DNA of 64,000 bases from Octopus vulgaris (taxonomy: Eukaryota). Every line of letters begins with the position of its first letter. The first letter of the stretch is position 1. The notes beneath the pieces were generated by a model. The model saw only the letters and a program-made list of their open reading frames with translations, was not told where the DNA came from and ran no database searches. Made by a program: the position numbers and the translations under genes. Shown in pieces: positions 59,066 through 64,000 of the stretch. The stretch lies in assembly GCA_951406725.2 (NCBI GenBank), contig OX597815.1, forward strand, positions 21,514,001 to 21,578,000, read 5' to 3'.

Positions 59066-60379
59066 TGAGGGTGGGCTAAAATGTTCGTAGACTGACTATG
59101 GAGTGGAGCTAGAGCTGTGAAATTTTGCATGCATTAATTTCGACTCTTCTTATTAATAATGGCATTGTTAAAGTGATGCTCATAGAAGATTTCAAAAGTA
59201 ATTATTAGTAACTTCTCTTGAAAATGGACAATGGCATTGCAGTTTTATCAAGTACCAACAGAGAAATGCTTTAGCCCACAATGACATTCATGTTGACTGG
59301 ATTGCTCCATTAAGGGATGATGCTCTAGCTTTATCAAGGGTATAAAAGTGGGCAGCTGAATGTCGGAGGGGAATGGAGAGTTTTGAACATGATCCAAGGT
59401 CGGGACGTCCTGCAACTGCTACCACTGAGAAGAATATTGATTGTGTTCACCACATGTTGAAGGATGACAGGCAATTGACTATAAACCAAATAGACAATGC
59501 TATTAACACATCCTGTGAGAGAGTTGAGAATATTCTGCACCATGAACTTGGCATGGTGAGGGTTTCTGCTTTGTGGGTGTCATGTCTTCTCACGTCTGAT
59601 GAAAGTGTACCAGGGGAAAATCTGACATTGTTTGTTGCAGATCCAGCTGGTTTCTTCAAACGTTTTCTAACCTAGGATGAGTGTTGAGTTCATTACTTTG
59701 ATCCAGAGACAAAGAGACAATCCATGCAGTAGAAGCCCATTGTATATCAGAAACTGAAAGAAGCCCATTGTATATATTGTATATATATATGTGCGTGTTT
59801 GTGTGTCTGTGTTTGTCCTCCCAACATCGATTGACAACCGATGCTGGTGTGTTTACATCCTCGTAACTTAGTGGTTCGGCAAAAGAGACTGATAGAATAA
59901 GTACTAGGCTTACAAAGAAGTCACCTGCTCCAAAGAAGGCCAAGATCATTCCATCTGCAGGGAAGGAGGTGGTTTCAGTTTTTGGGGATGCAAAAAGCAT
60001 TGTGCTTATTGACTATCTTGAAAAGGGCCACACATGTCGTTGGTTTCAATGGTTGCTGTGTGTGACTGTGGTTTTAACTGGTAAATTACCATCCTTATTC
60101 TTTTGATTTGGCTCTCTCTGACTATTACCAGTTCCCAAACATGAAAAAACACTTGGCTGGGAAGCAATATCCTAGTGATGATGATGATGTCTTATCTTCT
60201 GTTGATAACTTTTTAGATTATCAGGATGAAAGCTTCTTCACCAATGGGATCCAAGCACTGCAACACCGATGGAAGAAGTGTGTGGACTGCAAAGAGAACT
60301 ATATTGAAAAATAAACCTTATTTGGTCATATTCCATCAAAGTATCTTGGCCAGTCTCTGAACCTTTCAGTGGACCCTCG
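59066..60379 (+). mobile_element. Decayed mariner transposon (with SINE fragment at 59736-59920)
   Basis: TIRs tgagggtgggctaaaatgttc / gaacctttcagtggaccctcg; DPRSGRP, SALWV, DE.WVHYFDPETKRQSMQ, HPYS.DLA.SDY, GI..L..RW.KCV motifs. Confidence 0.85.
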
Positions 60380-60604
60380 TGTTAATTCTGCAAGTTTTCC
60401 TTTTTGGATTCTTTTGTAACCCTGTTATTAAATATCTATACAACAACGCATGGATCAGTAAAATCTGTAAGTTTCACTTTAAATACTTTGTAAATAAAGT
60501 ACCGTTGAGATTTTCTTGAGATAAATAATGGGTTAATTGGTTGAGGAGAGTTGGAGAACTGTTTTCTTTTTGTCTATGGTTCAAATTTATTTCCTTCAAA
60601 AACC

Positions 60605-60828
60605 TATTTCTTTACCACCCACCAGGGGCTAAACACAGAGGACACAAACAAGGACAGACATACAGATTCAGTCGATTATATCGACCTTAGTGCGTAACTG
60701 GTACTTAATTTATCGACCCTGAAAGGATGAAAGGCAAAGTCGACCTCAGTGGAGATTGAACTCCGAATGTAACGGCAGACGAAATACTGCTAAGCATTTC
60801 ACCCGGTGTGCTAACGTTTCTGCCAGCT
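60605..60828 (-). mobile_element. tRNA-derived SINE
   Basis: Same family as 26878. Confidence 0.75.
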
Positions 60829-61421
60829 TGAATGTCTAAGTTGTAATTATCTGTTTTATTGAGCTATGTTGCTTTCCACTATATGAATGAGAGGCTCCCA
60901 GGGAATAAATATAGGACTGACTATTCGTTTATAGTAATCGGGATTCTTAAAGTTAGCAAATAATTGGAGACTGTCTGTAACAAGTCGGAGTGGTGGTCTC
61001 TACTCTCAAAGCAAATAACAATTACCTGATAATGATGAATGCTAAGATAAAGTACATAAAATTATTTTATAAAAAGGATTGTATTTGATTTAAGGTAACT
61101 GAAAACATTGTACTAGTTTGCCATTTATATGCTAATTAGTAGAGATACTCTGCTATTCATACATAGCGGAACATACTTGCTGCAATCCTTTCCAACCTTT
61201 GCATATTCTCCAAATTTAGTGCTTAACTCTCATTACCATGCAATATCACACTTTGTATGTAAACATCACACATTCTACCTTTCAGAAGGAGAGAAACCCA
61301 CATGAAAATAATAGTTGTCTGAATATTTTCAATCTGTCTTAACTCAGACAACTAAGTTTTCCACATATTAACTTGGCAAACCATATCACATGTTACTCAA
61401 TCAGAAGGGTAGTAAGTTTAA

Positions 61422-61641
61422 CCCTTTCATTACTAACCCGGCTGAAACTGACTCTGGCTCTGAGTACAAATGTCTTGCTTTCATAAGTTTTGAATTAAAA
61501 TCTTCCACCAAACCTTAGTCACAGTTTATGTTTCTAACACTTGTTTAATGATAACTAAGTTATTTTACTAAATTCTTTGTTATATTTAAAGTAATTGAAA
61601 GAAACACTGAGCATCTCAAAATAAATACAGCAATGAAAGGG
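61422..61641. mobile_element. piggyBac-type MITE, family C
   Basis: TTAA|CCCTTTC...GAAAGGG|TTAA. Confidence 0.85.
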
Positions 61642-61718
61642 TTAAACAAGGTAAAGAGGACCCTTTACTTCAAAACTTCTGTAGTACTGGTGGTGCATTC
61701 AAATGCACAGTACACACA

Positions 61719-61719
<1 letters not shown>

Positions 61720-61761
<42 letters not shown>
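61720..61761. repeat. (AT)n microsatellite
   Basis: About 20 units. Confidence 0.95.
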
Positions 61762-61763
<2 letters not shown>

Positions 61764-61949
61764 ACAAAATTAGTTGTTTTTCCTCTTCCTCTGTCTCAGA
61801 GGATGACGTCAATGTTGTGTGGTGAGTTGTTTTGAGACCTGTTCATTCATGCCAACATAAAAAAGCAAACGTGAAATGGTGACAATGATTATGTGGAACA
61901 ACCACATCATTGCTGATTAGGTTACCGAAATAATAAAAACTGTCAGCTA

Positions 61950-62804
61950 CGAGGTGCATTCCAGAAGTTTTGATACTTTTTAGGAGAGGCAATTATAAAC
62001 GTCCCAGATTATTGTAATTTTAGTATATCATTACTGTACATCTAATAAAATGACCTGCCAACTTTTGTTATTCCAAATTAAAGGTAACAGCTGTAACAAC
62101 ACTTTGAACACACCTTACTAAACACTGCTGCCACTGCTGACTAGTCTGGAGAATGGAGTTGGGACGTTTGGAAGCTCACTATGCAATAAGGTTTTGTGTT
62201 AAATTTGGGGAAAAATGCAACAGAAACATGAATCAACCTTTTTTGCTGGTACAAGAGGTTCAAGGACGACAGAGAGGAGGTGAGAGCTGATAAGTGTGGG
62301 ATGGAAAAAGACATCAAAACATCAGAGCTGATTGAGAGAATTTGCAATTTTCCAGATGAAGACAATCGTGTGTCTATAAAGACAATTGGTATATAGTTTG
62401 AAGTTGGTGTAGCAACTGTACACAGAATTATTTGGGAAGATCTGCAGATGCACAAGATTTGTGCAGTTTGTTTTTAGGGTATTCAGTGATAAGCATCCTG
62501 ATAACCAATTATTTGACAGAGATGGACATTAAAACTGTACCTCACCCTCCTTAGAGCCCAGACCTTGAAACCCTGTAACCCTTGGCTGTCCCCCAAACTG
62601 GGGGAGAGCCTCGGAGACAGTCGTTTTGAAGATGAAGGAGATTTTGGAGTATTTCTCTGGGGATCTTCATGAAGTGGCTGCAGCATTACAACAAATGCAT
62701 TGAAGTCAGAGCATCATACTTTGAAGGAGATTAAGATTTTGGACTTCCTGAGTTAATTAAATGTCTCTCCTGAAAAAGTCTGAAAACTTGTGGCATGTAC
62801 TTTG
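61950..62804 (+). mobile_element. Internally deleted mariner
   Basis: TA|CGAGGTGCATTCCAGAAGTTTT...AAAACTTGTGGCATGTACTTTG|TA; YAI.F..LGKNATET, TVHRII.EDL, HPP.SPDL.PC remnants. Confidence 0.7.
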
Positions 62805-62884
62805 TACTTTTAACAAGCTTTCAGAGTAGTTAAAGAATTACATATCATGCATGTTCCGATTGCTAACTATCATTGTGTATCTTT

Positions 62885-63280
62885 GCTCTTTTGCTTGTTT
62901 CAGTCATTTGACTGCGGCCATGCTGGAGCACCGCCTTTAGTCGAGCAAATTGACCCCGGGACTTATTCTTTGTAAGCCCAGTACTTATTCTATCATTCTG
63001 TTTTGCCAAACCATTAAGTGACGGCGACGTAAACACACCAGCATCGGTTGTCAAGCAATGCTAGGGGGACAAACACACACACACAAACATACACACACAC
63101 ACATATATACATATATACGACGGGCTTCTTTCAGTTTCCGTCTACCAAATCCACTCACAAGGCTTTGGTCGGCCCGAGGCTATAGTAGAAGACACTTGTC
63201 CAAGATGCCACGCAGTGGGACTGAACCCAGAACCATGTGGTTGGTAAGCAAGCTACTTACCACACAGCCACTCCTGCGCC
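62885..63280 (-). mobile_element. Full-length CORE-like SINE
   Basis: Reverse complement of 13651-14036. Confidence 0.85.
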
Positions 63281-63399
63281 TATTACATCTGTTACATATT
63301 TTCAGCAGTCAGCTTGCCTGAGATCCTACTATACTTTTTGTTGTGAATCCATAGCTTATATTGGTTACATGCTTGATATAAAGTGTCTACCTACTCCTT

Positions 63400-63600
63400 T
63401 TCTGCATGCCGAGTGTCGCCACTTCTCATACGACAATAGTGTTCTATATTCCTTACTGTTAAAACTTGTCGTTTTTTAGGCTTAACTCCCAGCCTCGGTT
63501 TTAAACCATGATTCCATGTTCTGAACTTTTCGTTTAATTCTTCGAAAAGGTCCACAATGAGAATTAGATCAACATTCATGTGTTTCGTAGACGGTCTGTT
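63400..63600 (-). mobile_element. RTE RT remnant
   Basis: VDLILIV..EEL.EKFRTW..GL remnant. Confidence 0.45.
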
Positions 63601-64000
63601 TTAAACTCTTTGAACTATAATAAGCAAAACGTGGATTGAGGAACGAACCATAATGGACAGCTAAATGCTTCACTGAGCTCGTTAACTCACTTTGTTGACA
63701 GCATAGTGTCCCTATATATGAACTGCATACCTTTCAGAAGCCATTTGTAGCGGGATGGGTAGCAAAAGGTGTTGAGGTAGCAGATGAAATAGGCATGTGG
63801 ACGACATCAAAGTAAAACAATGGGAAAGCATCGGATTGTGGTTTAAATAATTTATTTAATCGACACTCATATTTACGTGTTGTATACACTAGGAAGTCCG
63901 CTACAAGACATTACCAACTTAAGAAGGGGATGTTAAGGGAGGTAACTCTAACGTAATGTACTCCAATATATAGAATCTATGAAAAATACAGTATTTGTGA

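Overview
AT-rich, intron-containing animal DNA. The SINE/RTE/CR1 repeat content and the CEICGK-type C2H2 array point to a coleoid cephalopod, probably Octopus (inference). I reconstructed four protein-coding genes by eye from GT-AG junctions with consistent phases: (1) the last 10 coding exons of a FAM193-family gene (+, 1509-14259, 5' end outside the window); (2) a complete 7-exon HOGA1 (-, 18588-33589, 335 aa); (3) GFER/ALR/Erv1 sulfhydryl oxidase (-, 3 coding exons, 37716-41374, 200 aa); (4) a 21-finger C2H2 ZNF ORF (+, 50144-51931) flanked by decayed fingers. The rest is mostly transposon debris: RTE, CR1, CRE-like, HERO-like and Penelope-like retroelements, several tRNA-derived SINE families, two mariners, TTAA- and TA-type MITEs, Helitron-like elements and foldbacks, plus a tRNA-Glu pseudogene. 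Best leads: (a) a CRISPR-looking tandem array of ~60-nt structured modules (putative H-type pseudoknot plus invariant hairpin) in the RTE 3' UTR, found in more than 10 copies; (b) a near-perfect ~150-bp hairpin 54 nt into HOGA1 intron 1 with an A:C mismatch (candidate ADAR substrate); (c) an HSE-TATA-Inr cassette antisense inside GFER intron 2; (d) a 37-bp minimal TIR element with a perfect 9-bp TSD near the putative GFER promoter; (e) a cluster of templated-insertion scars around HOGA1. Nothing was computed or searched. Family names rest on recognised motifs, and repeat boundaries are approximate.
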